Of a stretch of 64,000 nucleotides of DNA, positions 1 through 13,500 are shown one piece after another. Positions within the stretch are counted from its first letter, which is position 1. Each line of letters begins with the position of its first letter. The stretch comes from Phoronis australis (lineage: Eukaryota > Animalia > Phoronida): positions 62,001-126,000 of the forward strand of contig NMRA01000041.1 of NCBI GenBank assembly GCA_002633005.1. Reading direction: 5' to 3'. The position numbers were made by a program, and so were the translations under genes. The notes beneath the pieces were generated by a model. It made no database searches, had not been told where the DNA came from, and was given only the letters and a program-made list of their open reading frames with translations.

Positions 1-925
1 CATCAAGAAATGCAACTTTTCGCACACAACCAATTCATATGTGAGCTTTAATATAGATTTGGATTCAAGCAAGGTCTGAAGAGACTAAAATTCGTCGTGC
101 TAATAATATACAAAGATATCATCGACATACCGGACATAGATGGAAATTCTACCGATATGCTGAGCGACTCGTATTTAAACTTCTGACATGAAAAATTCTG
201 AAAACCTTGGGCCTAATAGGAAAACCATACTGACGCCGTCTTTTTGTAAAATCAGCTTGAATTTGGTTGTACAGATAGTTAAAAGTGCACGTAACCTAGC
301 TTGTCAGATATCAGGTGGTTTTAACAATGGGTGATGGTAGACTTTACTAATAATAATGTCAATGGTTTCTGCAACAGGCACATTGGCAAATAATGGCTCA
401 ACATCAAGTGGCATAGGTTGGCCGTCTGACAGGGCTGTTGAGATGCATGGTACTTTTACATGTACATGTATGTCAATGAACCGTCACTCGACTTGATAGA
501 ATGTCTGCTTTGAATATACGGCTTGATAATTTGATAAAGGTGCTTGAAAATTTTGTGACATGGCGTGAGAAGTTGTGAGATTGCAGGTCTGAGTCTTGAG
601 ATTCCCATTGATATACCCTTCGGAAGTCACCTTCAATTACATTAAATATGTGACGATCATCTTGCGTGTTAACGTCTCTGATGTGGTTGATCAGCTCGCA
701 TTTTAAGTCTAAAATGGGTGTGCGACTAATAGACTGGAACTTGACCAAGTTTGTCACAATAATTGGCTTTATTCATTACCACAGGTTGTGCGGAATTGTC
801 TGCTTGGCGGATGACAATGGCATAGTTGTTCTTCAGACTGTTGGAAGCGAGAACTAGACGACGCGATAGCGTGTGATGACGTTGCCTCTCGGCCTGCTGT
901 CCTTTGTGCTTTCAGATTTGAGTTG

Positions 926-993
926 ACGAAGTCATCTTAACTTAGGGTTAACTTCAACGAAGCCATCTTAACTTAGAGTTAATTTGAACGAAG
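926..993. repeat. 31-bp tandem repeat, ~2.2 copies
   Basis: ACGAAG(T/C)CATCTTAACTTAG(G/A)GTTAA. Confidence 0.7.
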
Positions 994-1396
994 AACACAC
1001 GTATATTTTGGTAGCAGACCTTCTTTCATACATGTTTCATTGAAAAGTAAGGTGTCCTTCAGTTGGCCTTAGATAGTTTGCTCAACAAACTTTCGTATTG
1101 TCTACATAAATGTCTTTCATCAGAAGGCCATTGAAATAATACATAACCGAGTGTGCGTGGCATCACAAACACAAATGCATGAGCATATATAAAATAACCC
1201 ACCGTACAAAAATTTCATAGTAAAACAGTTGATGAACTTCGACTAGACTTCCTCCAGGCAAATAAATTATAAACGCTATCGGGAATGATACATGAAACAA
1301 GAACAGTGACTTTAAACACGAATATACGGTAGTATATACAATAGTGCAATTTCAGAAGGACAGCAATACGTCATGAGGTGTTAAAGACCTCTTTGA

Positions 1397-2100
1397 CTAA
1401 GTTCTTAAAACATAACGAATCTCCCTTATTTTTTCGTTGTAGTTTAAATGAATCACATTTGATAAATTGACATGGAATTTAATCCCAAGAATAGTTATTG
1501 AATCCGTGCACCAAGAAAGTTTTTTGTCTTCACACAAACGTCTGTTGTCGACTCTTATGGATCCAATCCAGATGCAATGGGTTTTGTCTAGATTCGGTTT
1601 TAAACCTGGGTATTTATGAAACTGGTGTAAAAGACCGAGAGAATTTCTCAACGATTCATTGGAACCATCCAGGTGAAGAACTGTGTCGTTTTCATATTGA
1701 ATAATTTTCAATTCTAGCTGACCAACATTCAATCCCTTTATATTATAGCCACAATTTCGGCACATAAGATAAATAAATACGAAGAAAGAGGGTTCTCCTT
1801 GGCGGCAACCGCGGCCAATCTCGAAATCATTCGAAGTGTCACCATGCTCAATAACGCATAATTTAGCTCCACTGTGTAAAAGATGAACCCATTTGATGAA
1901 CCCTGAACCCAAATTGAAGAAGCCCAAAGTATAATGTATAAATTTCCAAGAAACAGAGTCGAATGCTTTTTCAAAACCGACTCTAACAAGGAGTCCCGGA
2001 ATATTATTTTCTTCAGTAAAGTGAACCAAATCGTAAATAGTTCTCGTGTTTTCGACAGTGAACTTACTTTTTATAAAACCCGCCTTACTAAGTAACTGAT
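1397..2100 (-). mobile_element. Degenerate L1/Tx1-type LINE reverse transcriptase fragment
   Basis: FEKAFDSVSWKFI, GRGCRQGEP, QYENDT (degenerate YADD), GLKPNLDKT, LGI; frameshifted. Confidence 0.85.
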
Positions 2101-5100
2101 TACTGGTCGCCACATTACTGGAGCCGTATTCTCCACATTGCTGGTACCGAGTGACCCAAGATGGATGTTATCTGCCAAGATACCACAATGAACTTCTTCA
2201 GAAAGATAGCAACAAAAGGCCAAATCACACAGATTGCGAAAGCCACTCAGAAACGTATAGAACAAGACGAGGACACACCCGACACAACACTAATACTAAA
2301 TACATGGACGATCTAGACGGAAAGATCAAAACAGTAACGGAACTGTTCAACAACAAAGCGCAATACGTCGGCCCTGACCAGCTAGATACGTATGCAGAAG
2401 AAATGCAGTCCTACCTAGATGAAATGGAAAATCAGCTTCGGGACATGAGATTCCACTGTAAGACGAATACATGTCAAAGCACCACTACAAGTGAGTCAAA
2501 TATCTCGAAAACAACGCCAACACCGACCAAAGGCTTGCCCAAGACGACGATCAACCTCCCAAGATTACATCTACCTGTGTTCTCTGGAGACAAAGTGAAA
2601 TTGTTATAATCTTACCACTTATTTGAAGCTGTTATTCAAATACATGCCACCCTTGCCCCGATCCAGAAATTTCATTATTTACGAGCTAAGTTCTCTGGTA
2701 ACGCCGCCAAAGAGATAGATCTACCATTATCAAACGATTCCTATTAGGCTGCCTTGAAGCAACTGAATGACAGGTTTGGTAACACTGAAGATTTAGTAAC
2801 TCATTACACTACAGTATTGCTGAACATCCTTGCCTCCTCATCCGAAAAAAGCTGCCTGATAACAAACACAACATGTACGTTTACTTGTAGGAGGGCGATT
2901 AAGATAGCGAGTCTTACACAATTTTTTGAAAATGATTCCCATGATGAATACACTGGACAATTTTGGTGAACCATTCTACCGATAGTTGACCTGCACCACT
3001 GCATAAGAAAACAAACTTTCAAAACATTTTTACATAGCCAATTCAGTTAGATACAAATTAAGGTACACAGTGGCTGCACGTGATTCGCTTCGCCGGCTTT
3101 GTGGGTCGACCGGTCAAATCATCAGGACTCGGTTTTGAAGTTTTAGGCAAGCCATCACTTCCGCGTTCTCGGTGACTACTTCCGGCTTACAGGCCAATCA
3201 CAACCCGGTGCCTAATCTTTGCACTCGTTATCGAACTCGAAGTTATTTTTGACACTTTCCCTTTTATTGTTGTGTGACCTCAAAACATGTTTCTATTACT
3301 TCGTGCTTGAGTACATTATGTTTTAGGTGGAGTACTGTCTAATCCAATTTTTGAAGTTGATGACACCTAAATTCAAACTTCAAACACGGGCAAAAACTAG
3401 ATATTTCAAATTCAGATTCGAACTTTAGGAATAGACAATCGTTCGTATGAGCCATGATGCACTCTAGTGCAGAATAGAAAACATATATATTACATGTAAG
3501 TTAGCACAAAAATAAAAGGGAAAACCTCGAAATGCTTTTGAGTCCAAAAAGTAGACCCCGGAACCAGATGTTTGTGCTGGTTGAACGTCACAAACCGAGA
3601 AATGAAGCAAGTGTTGTCAAAACTAAAAGTGTTACGTAACTCGATCTTCAATACATGTACACTCATGAAAACAAATAGAACATCTACATGTATACACACA
3701 ACCTGGGTAATCAAGGCAGACAACAGATCAAGACGGATACACCGTGTTTTTGAGAAAGTAAACGCAAATGAGCCTTTGGTAATAACAAAAAATTTATTTG
3801 TTATTACAGACCAATGACATGAAAACATCTCCTTGCCTTTTCTGGATGCATAACACAACATGTTGAATTTTACGCATTTTATAAAGTCAAGCAATAGACA
3901 TAACTAATGTTCAACTTTTTTTCCATCGGAAAGTTTCATAATAAATGAGCTGTTTGCTGATTTGCTAAACGGTCTCGATTACCGCTATATTCGTTTACAC
4001 CCAACAGCTCTGGTATTCTTTAAAGCGTTCTTGAATGTCTTCGGACGTATGCTTTGTAAGTCGAATGGCTTACGACAGTTCCGTCACATAAACTGATTGT
4101 CGTCGGTCAAGGGCGCCAGAGGGCGCTACTTTACTGGCCAATGACCTGCAAAGAGAAGTTACAGAGTGCATACCTACATTAGCTTTTGATCACACATCTC
4201 TGCATGTAAAGGGGTTCCCTCTCTGAGTGCCACGTCCACTTAAGGGAGGGCCACAGGTAATCGCCCCTTTTTGTTGACCACTGGGTACCAAGGTATAGAA
4301 CTGATACTGCTGATAACCAATGCTGACAACTGCAGACTAATGATTAGTATTACAGTAGCTTCTTCGTTTTATAATGGTTAATGACACCGGCTTTCAGTTT
4401 AACCGAGCTGTTACCACAAGGGCAATAATTAGTGATGCGACAGACATGTACGGGGAAGCACAAATACAGTTTAAAAGCAATCTCTTTATTTACTCATACA
4501 GCGGGGAGTTGTGTGAAGACATCGGGGATGCCGTCCACATAATTTTATAAAATCATCAGAGTAATACAACAGTTTTGCATACCCTGTNGACTCTAACAAG
4601 GAGTCCCGGAATATTAATTTCTTCAGTAAAGTGAACCAAATCGTAAATAGTGCTCGTGTTATCGCCAGTGAACTTACTTTTTATAAAACCCGTCTTACTA
4701 AGTAACTGATTACTGGTCCCCACATTACTGGAGCCGTATTCTCCATATTGCTGGTGCCGAGTCACCCAAGATGGATTTTATCTGCAAAGATGCCAGAATG
4801 AACTTCTTCAGAAGGAGAGCAATAAAAGGCCAAATCACACAGATTGTGAAAGCCTCTCAGAAACGTATAGAACAAGACGAAGACACACCGGACACGACAC
4901 TACGACTTGCGAAATACATCGACGATCTAGACGGAAAGATCAAAACAGTAACGGAACTGTTCAACAACTAAGCACAATACATCGACCTTGACCAGCCAGA
5001 TACGTATGCAGAATAAATGCAGTCCTACCTAGATGAAGTGGAAAATCAGCTTCGGGACATGAGATTCCACTGTAAGACGAATACATGTCAAAGCACCACT

Positions 5101-7191
5101 ACAAGTGAGTCAAATATCTCGAAAACAACGCCAACACCGACCAAAGGCTTCCCCAAGACGATGATCAACCTCCCAAAATTACATCTACCTGTGTTCTCTG
5201 GAGACAAAGTCAAACGGTTATAATATTACCACTCGTTTGAAGCTGTTATTCATAAAGATGCCACCCCGATCCAGAAACTTCATTATTTACGAGCTCAATT
5301 CTCTGGTAACGCCGCCAAAGACATAGATCTACCATTATCAAACGATTCCTATGACGCCGCCTTGAAGCAACTGAATGACAGGTATGGTAACACTGAAGAT
5401 CTAGTAACTCATTACACTACAGCATTGCTGAACATCCTTACCCCCTCATCCGAAAAAAGCTGCCTGATAACAAACACAACATGTAAGTTTACTTGTAGGA
5501 TGGCGATTAAGATTGCGAGTCTTACACAATTTTTTGAAAATGAATCCCATGATGAATACACTGGATAATTTTGGTGAACCATTCTACCGATAGTTGACCT
5601 GCACCACTGCATAAGAAAACAAACTTTCAAAACATTTTACATAGCCAATTCAGTTAGATACAAATTAAGGTACACAGTGGCTGCACGTGATTCGATTCGC
5701 CGGCTTTGTGGGTCGACCGGTCAAATCATCAGGACTCGGTTTTGAAGTTTTAGGCAAGCCATCACTTCCGCGTTCTCGGTGACTACTTCCGGCTTACAGG
5801 CCAATCACAACCCGGTGCCTAATCTTTGCACTCGTTATCGAACTCGAAGTTATTTTTGACACTTTCCCTTTTATTGTTGTGCGACCTCAAAACATGTTTC
5901 TATTACTTCGTGCTTGAGTACATTATGTTTTAGGTGGAGTACTGTCTAATCTGATTTTGAAGCTGATGACACCTAAATTCAAACTTCAAACACGGGCAAA
6001 AACTAGATATTTCAAATTCAGATTCGAACTTTAGGACTAGACAATCGTTCGTATGAGCCATGATGCACTCTAGTGCAGAATAGAAAACATATATATTACA
6101 TGTAAGTTAGCACAAAACTAAAAGGGAAAACGTCGACATACTTTTGAGTCCAAAAAGTAGACCCCGGAACCAGATGTTTGTGCTGGTTGAACGTCACAAA
6201 CCGAGAAATGAAGCAAGTGTTGTCAAAACTAAAAGTGTTACATAACTCGATCTTCAGTACATGTACACTCATGAAAACAACTAGAACATCTACAATTATA
6301 CACAACCTGGGTAATCAAGGTAGACAACAGATCAAGACGGATACACCTTGTTTTTGAGAAAGTAAACGCAAATGAGCCTTTGGTAATAAGAAAAAATTTA
6401 TTTGTTATTACAGACCAATGACATGAAAACATCTCCTTGCCTTTTGTGGATGTATAACACAACATATTGAATTTTACGCATTTTATAAAGTCAAGCAATA
6501 GATATAATTAATGTTCAACTTTTTTTCCATCGGAAAGTTTCATAATAAATAAGCTGTTTGCTGATTTGATAAACGGTCTCGATTACCGCTATATTCGTTT
6601 ACACCCAACAGCTCTGGTATTCTTTAAAGCGTTCTTGAATGTCTTCGGATGTATGCTTTGTAAGTCGAATGGCTTACGACAGTTCCGTCACATAAACTGA
6701 TTGTCGTCGGTCAAGGGCGCCAGAGGGCGCTACTTTACTGGCCAATGACCTGCAAAGAGAAGTTACAGAGTGCATACCTACATTAGCTTTTGATCACACA
6801 TCTCTGCATGTAAAGGGGTTCCCTCTCTGAGTGCCACGTCCACTTAAGGGAGGGCCACAGGTAATCGCCCCTTTTTGTTGACCACTGGGTACCAAGGTAT
6901 AGAACTGATACTGCTGATAACCAATGCTGACAACTGCAGACTAATGATTAGTATTACAGTAGCTTCTTCGTTTTATAATGGTTAATGACACCGGCTTTCA
7001 GTTTAACCGAGCTGTTACCACAAGGGCAATAATTAGTGATGCGACAGACATGTACGGGGAAGCACAAATACAGTTTAAAAGCAATCTCTTTATTTACTCA
7101 TACAGCGGGGAGTTGTGTGAAGACATCGGGGATGCCGTCCACATAATTTTATAAAATCATCAGAGTAATACAACAGTTTTGCATACCCTGT
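1979..7191. repeat. ~2.6 kb tandem duplication (1979-4587 / 4589-7191) joined at a single N
   Basis: Near-identical copies; N at 4588. Confidence 0.95.
2140..2850 (+). mobile_element. Degenerate BEL/Pao LTR retrotransposon gag fragment (second copy ~4754-5460)
   Basis: INLPRLHLPVFSGD, IQKFHYLRA, NDSY.AALKQLNDRFGN (DUF1759-like); PBS-like TGGTGCCGAG just upstream; stop codons. Confidence 0.8.
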
Positions 7192-7392
7192 CATAGTGTA
7201 AGATTATTGATGTTGTTCACATTAATGCTGTTGTGACATTGGGTTATTTTTGTTACACCAGGTTAATACATTCAATTTCGACGGGTAAGTTGGAATTGTC
7301 CGATCGTGACAGTGTCCATCGTTTTGTTTGTACAGGGATTGTGGACAAAAGTAATAAGATTAAACTTTCCTTGCACGGCATTCTCCTTCAGC

Positions 7393-7576
7393 TCACCTTT
7401 TTCTCAGCTTTTCCTGGGCAACATAGCCCATCCAGATCGTAAACAAGACAACTATGACCCCTAGCCCAGTCAGAAACATTATTTCCGGCACGTTGACTGA
7501 AACTCGAACGAACGGCGGCGCTGTGTACACCACTTCAGTCGTCATCGGAGGATGAGTTTTTCGACGCTGAGGAAAC
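7393..7576 (-). CDS. Transmembrane exon
   Basis: FPQRRKTHPPMTTEVVYTAPPFVRVSVNVPE-IMFLTGLGVIVVLFTIWMGYV-AQEKLRKR: hydrophobic helix plus basic stop-transfer; ends at TGA 7393-7395 or splices at AG|GTGAGC (7397). Confidence 0.6.
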
Positions 7577-10500
7577 CTTAAAATAACAAACGTTTGCTGA
7601 AATACATTTTTGCTTTTTGGTCGCAGTACAAGTTTTGCCACGTTCTCGGACTTTGATAGGAGTGCGAGAACGCAAATTTTGAAGTGGTTGTCACGGGAAG
7701 ATCGTAAGGCAGCCATTAGCACAACAAAGTACAAACAATCCAAATAATTTTGCAGTGAAGTCAGTGTCATGCATTTCAGTGCAACATTCAAGGCAATGTC
7801 AATGATTTGTTTTATTCTTTCAGTGACATGTACCTGAATAAACGAAATATTCTGCGTGTTGTCAAATTTGCACCAGTGGCAACCGGCGTTGTCATGGCGG
7901 CCACTCCCGTTGCCACAGAATTTTTATCCTTGCTGCTTTGTGATTGCGTAACACTATCAGACGTGCACCTGCAAGGTTGACACGTAGGCAATGTTGATTG
8001 GCCTTTGGAAACCGTTGATGTGAAGTCTGCGTTAATAGTTTTTGACGGCAACTCTGAGTTCGTGAACTGTGACGTCACGCTTGAGCGATGATCGACAAGT
8101 TCCGTTACTGATGACAATTTCGTAGTTTGTGTTGGAGCTGAAGTAACGGTATGTGTCAGAAAAGTAGACGTTGATGATTTGAGAAACTGAGTAGGTACCG
8201 GCCTAGTTGTTGGTGTTTGAGATGTCATGATCAGTTTCGTGAATGGGGATTTGGCCAGAGTGTGCATTGTGGTGTGCGATGTTTTAGATGACGTGATTGC
8301 GTTACGAGTGTTAGCAGGCTCTGCAGTTGTTGCTGTTTCTTCGTTAGGTGGCGTTGTTGCTGCTGCTGATGATGATTCTCTTGTTGTTGATGATGTCGAT
8401 GCTGCTTGAGTTCCTGCGATCATTTCTGCTGTAGATTCTCCTGCTATTGTAGTTGCTATCGTTCCAGATGGTGTCGTCCTCGTTAATGACTCTGTAGAAA
8501 TGTCTTCTGAAAGATAAAGTATATCAACAATGTAAGCGTCACTGTCATCAAAAGTCAGCATTACTAAGAGTGCTTATCATTGTTGTTGCCAGTTTCTTTG
8601 TCATCGCTGTCATACCTCTATGAAATCGTATTTTTCATAGTTCGTCGTTAGGTAGGCCACATTATCTTTGCTCTCCTTCATGTAAAAAGCATTATTCTTA
8701 GGTGCGGCAACTTCATTTGTGAAGGTTAATTTGAACATAAATTTGCAACAAAAAGGCGAACAGTACCATACTGACAAACAAAATTGCGCTTAGTTTCGCA
8801 ATCAAGGTCATTCAACAAGTGACCTGTCGTTCCCATGACTTCAATGCAGTGCTCATTCTGGGGATTCGATGGCTCTCCTGGGGACCAGAACAATGAGTTT
8901 GTTATGTCGCTGTTTGCTGAAAAGTTAGAAACATAAGTGTCACTTATTTCCATGTTAAACTCGTACAGTACACCTGCTCTGTTCACTACTTTTGTAGCAT
9001 TAATTTTATCACTTGTGACGTAAGAGAAAGATTTCTCATGATGGCTTTCCCTACTCTTCCCTAAAAATGATTATGGAATACTACTTCTTGAATAACCAAG
9101 TGATGAAAGTTTTAGGAAAACAAATTAATGCAAAACTTAGGTGTGGTTCATTTTGGACAAATATACGATGATGTGAAATATAATTGTCATGTTTGGTGTA
9201 CTGGTAGTCCACTGTACTGATTGTGTACATTCTCAGTTTTGAGAAGGTAGCGACACAGCGAATTTATTCATGAATGCAAAAGATTTCCCAACTCAAATGT
9301 TACACTTAAAATGTTACCATCTGCCCATGTCCAAGAGACAGGCACATCTTTTCTCCAGTAACCGTCTATCCAGTAGATAGCTTTAGGTCTCTTTTTTATC
9401 TCTTGCACAATAATTAGGTTTTCTGATGCCGTCCGAATCCTCGCTAGAACACCATGACGTTGTTTACACCTTCCAACTGCGTCACTCCACTTATACCCGG
9501 CTTGACGGTAGAGGTTGTCATTCTCGAAGTAGTAATATTTTGTTTTGTCAATACGGATGCATTTCCCTTCCGTTGATAGTTGGCCACATATAGTGCTGTC
9601 TGATTTCAGTTGAAAATATATGAAATGAAAAGGACCAAGTGTTATACAACCAGTCAAAACATTAACTATAACAAAGTGCAAACAACATGTAATGGCTCTT
9701 TTCTGGACAAGAAAGTTTTTGAATTTTCTGTAAAGGTCGTTAGAACTACAGTATGTGCGTTAAGATTATGCAAATTGGGCTCCCATGAGATCATTGCTAT
9801 ATTCATGAAAAGACGTCAAAGTTCAGACTGTTTATTTCGTCCAGACTTTCCACAAGTATTCCATATTTGTATGAGTTATTATAACGAGTTCAATATCACC
9901 TCATCGATACACTAAGGATCCATTTGTACGCCAAGTCTTAGCTAAGGCTGCGTATTTTAAATGGTACCATCCCTGATGTTTTGAATGCTACTTCATATAC
10001 TGTGCCATGGTCGTACACAGGTAATTGCACTGTAGGTGTGGCGATAACATTTTTGAAGTAAAAAGTCGTACATGACAATCGGATTGTGTAGAGTCGTCCA
10101 AATGTCGTATAGGAAGTGGCATACGAAATTGAATACGAACGATCGGAGACTGTAGGCAGGGCTTTAACCACCTTTGACTGTCGTCACTTAGCGACCACTT
10201 ATATTACAAGAGCAATGCAGCAGGTTGATATGCACCCACACTATACACCGCAAATGGCGACGACATAAAACTGAAATTTCTGAAACCGTCCGCTCACCAC
10301 ATCATTAAAAGGATACATGTACTAAACCTTGTTTTGATTATTTGCACCAATTCTCATTCTGTCACTTCCTAATGTATCAGAAGAAATCAATTAAAAACTC
10401 ATACTCCTTATGTTACAAATGGGACATCATGGTTCTTAGTGGGTGTTTCTTCCCACAGTTGCCGTGCAATTCACTGAAAGCGGAAGTCACGCTTGCCCGC

Positions 10501-13500
10501 TTAGCCCATTTTGAACGGAGTTTTCATAGTTTCCTCCAAATGTTTGAGGGTTGTCGAGGGTTACAGAGCATTCTTTTTGTTTCAGAGAACTGTGTGGAAA
10601 AGTCGTTTTAGTTTCAGTTATCGGAGAAAACCTGGCTTGGTATCCTTTTAACTGATCAGTCTCACTCTGTCACAAGGTTGTTCTCTGGAGTCATTTCTTA
10701 TTGTACATTATGTATCAACTTTCTCAGGGGAGTACGTCAACAAAACAAAATTAACGGATTACACTGCTTCTCTCAGTTTCTGAGCAATATTCACTCATTA
10801 ATGATCCGGTCAAGTTGCCGTATTTACGCACGAATGTGTACAAGTCTTGATAATCAGCCCGTTCTTGGACTCCGTGACGCGCCAGTTTTGGTCGCAGTAC
10901 ATCGTGACATGAGTATTCACATTCGCAGCACATTGACCGCTACAATTTAATAATCTGAGCCAAGGCTGCACTCGTGAACGGGAATAACCAGTACCGGTAG
11001 GCGTTAACAACTGACAGCCACGGAATTCCACACGATCAGGTACTTTCGAGTAACCTCTGAAGTTAAGGCAACAGTTCAAGCTCTCGTTCAGTCTAGGAAT
11101 TTTCTTTTTGATTTATACCACGTACCAGTATACATGTAAAACTGGAGGTCGAGTTCAATAACTTTGGTGTCTTGCTAGAAAATGTAACAGTCGGGAGATA
11201 TCGCCATGTATTTTCAATGAGAGCTCGTGATATTGGTTAGATTTCTCTCGCTGGTTTCAACTTCCTCCTTACTCAGGTGAGAAGAAATTTCAAAATTTGA
11301 AAAGAATCCACACTTCCTTAATCCTTAGACCAAGTTTCACGATGCCACGCGCTGACACTTCACTTCATTTGAAGCCAAAAAATCACATTTAATTTGACTA
11401 GCGGACATTTTGAGATCCATTTCATAACCGTAAATGGAGACTTCATGCATGTCTGTCCATTACGGTGTTCATTGTCGTTCCGTGTCTCTCTGCCATCCAA
11501 GCCCATCTGGACTTGGTTTCCCGTGGATGATGGGCATCAGACTTTTAAGCCACATGCCAGCTTGACACAAGCATTTGTTAACAAGTTTTATCACAGCAGA
11601 CTGGGTTGGCGGTATCGGTAGATTTGGCATGAGCTGAACTTTTTGGAAGAAAATATCTCTTCGTAAAATATTGACTTGGCTAGTTTTAGCTTTACGATCA
11701 TATAGTGGACATGAAAATACCTTAACTGTTTTGAACTCGTCAGCGTCAATTGTGGTTTGCGGAGTACTAGAATGCCTGGGGAGCACCAGGGTAGGCTTTC
11801 CACGTCTCCTATGCTGTTTTCTTCCACTGGAACGTAGTGTCTGACCTTGTTAAAAGCATGGAACAAGGGTATGGCTAACACACAAATCGCGGTACCCAAG
11901 CTGGTAAAACACACTATTGACGAAGAATGACAATTTCCTTTGATCAAAGCGCCCGCAATGTGCAAGAACATAAGAGTGTCCCCTTCCTCATGACCGCATG
12001 GCGGCCGCATGTCATAACTAGAGGAAATAACAGACTGAATGTGGGAAAAATATCTATACTTTCCTGGACGAAAGAGGATTGCCAAGATATCTTGAGCTAA
12101 CAGCATGAACAATTCTTCTTTATTCATCGAGTTTTGCAAGAAAGTCGGGAAGTTCAGAGGCAGTCGCGTTTGGGGTGAAACTTTGGTAAGATTATCTGAA
12201 CCTCTAGCAGCTCTTGCGGTGGCCTTCAAGCTATTTTCAGTATAAGCGTCAAACACATATCAACTCTGCCGCCTTCTTATCAAAGTTTTCACTGAATTGT
12301 CCGAATGTGGCTTATTCGTTGGTCCATCAAAGACTTTGGCATCAACGTATTCAGGAACGTCTGGTTGAGCAACTACATGTATGACCTCTGCGGAGGTAAA
12401 CGGAGACTGTTGTTCTGACTCACGGATGGTGACCAAAGATGATTCTCATGCATAAAGAAATCGTCCAGGTTATCTTCTCGAACTCGACTGACTATAAAAA
12501 CGTTGCTAAATAAGATGTAGTCTTTCTTGGTATCATCCGTGCGTTGCCGAGTCGCTTTTTGCCTTCCTACTACCTGTTTGGGAAATCACAAACTTGTTTT
12601 TCTAAACAGGAGCCTTTATTGGTTGTGATTTTTTTATTAGGGACGCTTGATGAGCAGTAACTGGATATGTAAGATAACATTCCAGAATTCAAATTTTACA
12701 CTTCTCGATGAGCTTTCACTTTTCCATCCGGCGAAGGACTGTGGGTTTAAAACAGCACCTTCATTTCCCGCAATAAGAAATACTTCTTCCCGGAGCTTTA
12801 CTAGATACAGAGCTGTCACCTGACTTGCATATCTTGTTCGACTCCATTGTGAGGCTTGAAGAAAGGAATCAGCTCTACCAGCTGTGGCCATTGAGGTCTC
12901 CGAGAATGTTTAATGACGTAACGAGTGCCAACGTATCGTTCCACCTCGGGCAACCAGCAGTCTTCGAAACCTCTCTATTAATTGTGGTCGTGGCCTGTTA
13001 TTTACATAATATATTTTATCTCAACTGCTTTCAGGATGGTGGGTAAAGTTTTAGAATAATGGGTTGTCGGGACATTACAAGTCGATGAATCTGGAGTAAG
13101 GCATTGCTCAAACAACTTGGTCTTTGGAATAAGGTATTCCGCATTGAAAGGTAATTTTGTAGGTATTATTTATCGGAATGGGGCTGTCGGAAAATTAGAC
13201 TCTTAGGCCTTATTAAACAACTTACATTGTATTTATGTGAATAACTACTGCTTCAGATGTGCTTAAGTCCACAAAAAGTATAATCTTCAATCAGTTAAAT
13301 CAAGTTAGGATACTTATCTAAATTTATAGTTAAACAAATGTGTAATTAGTAACTCTCATTCCAAATATTATAATAAGAACAATGAACTGGAATACAACAT
13401 TCTGTGAGTCTTAGAGCTGGTGTCACAGCTGCATGGGTACTCTTGTCTGGATGAGCAGGGGTCTGCTTCAGTTGTTAGACAGTATGTCAAAACAAAAAAT

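Noticed and set aside
3490-3894. 134-aa ORF in the first duplicated block
   Set aside because: No recognisable domain; frameshifted in the second copy.
9938-10171. 77-aa minus-strand ORF between the lectin exons
   Set aside because: No clear splice sites or domain similarity.
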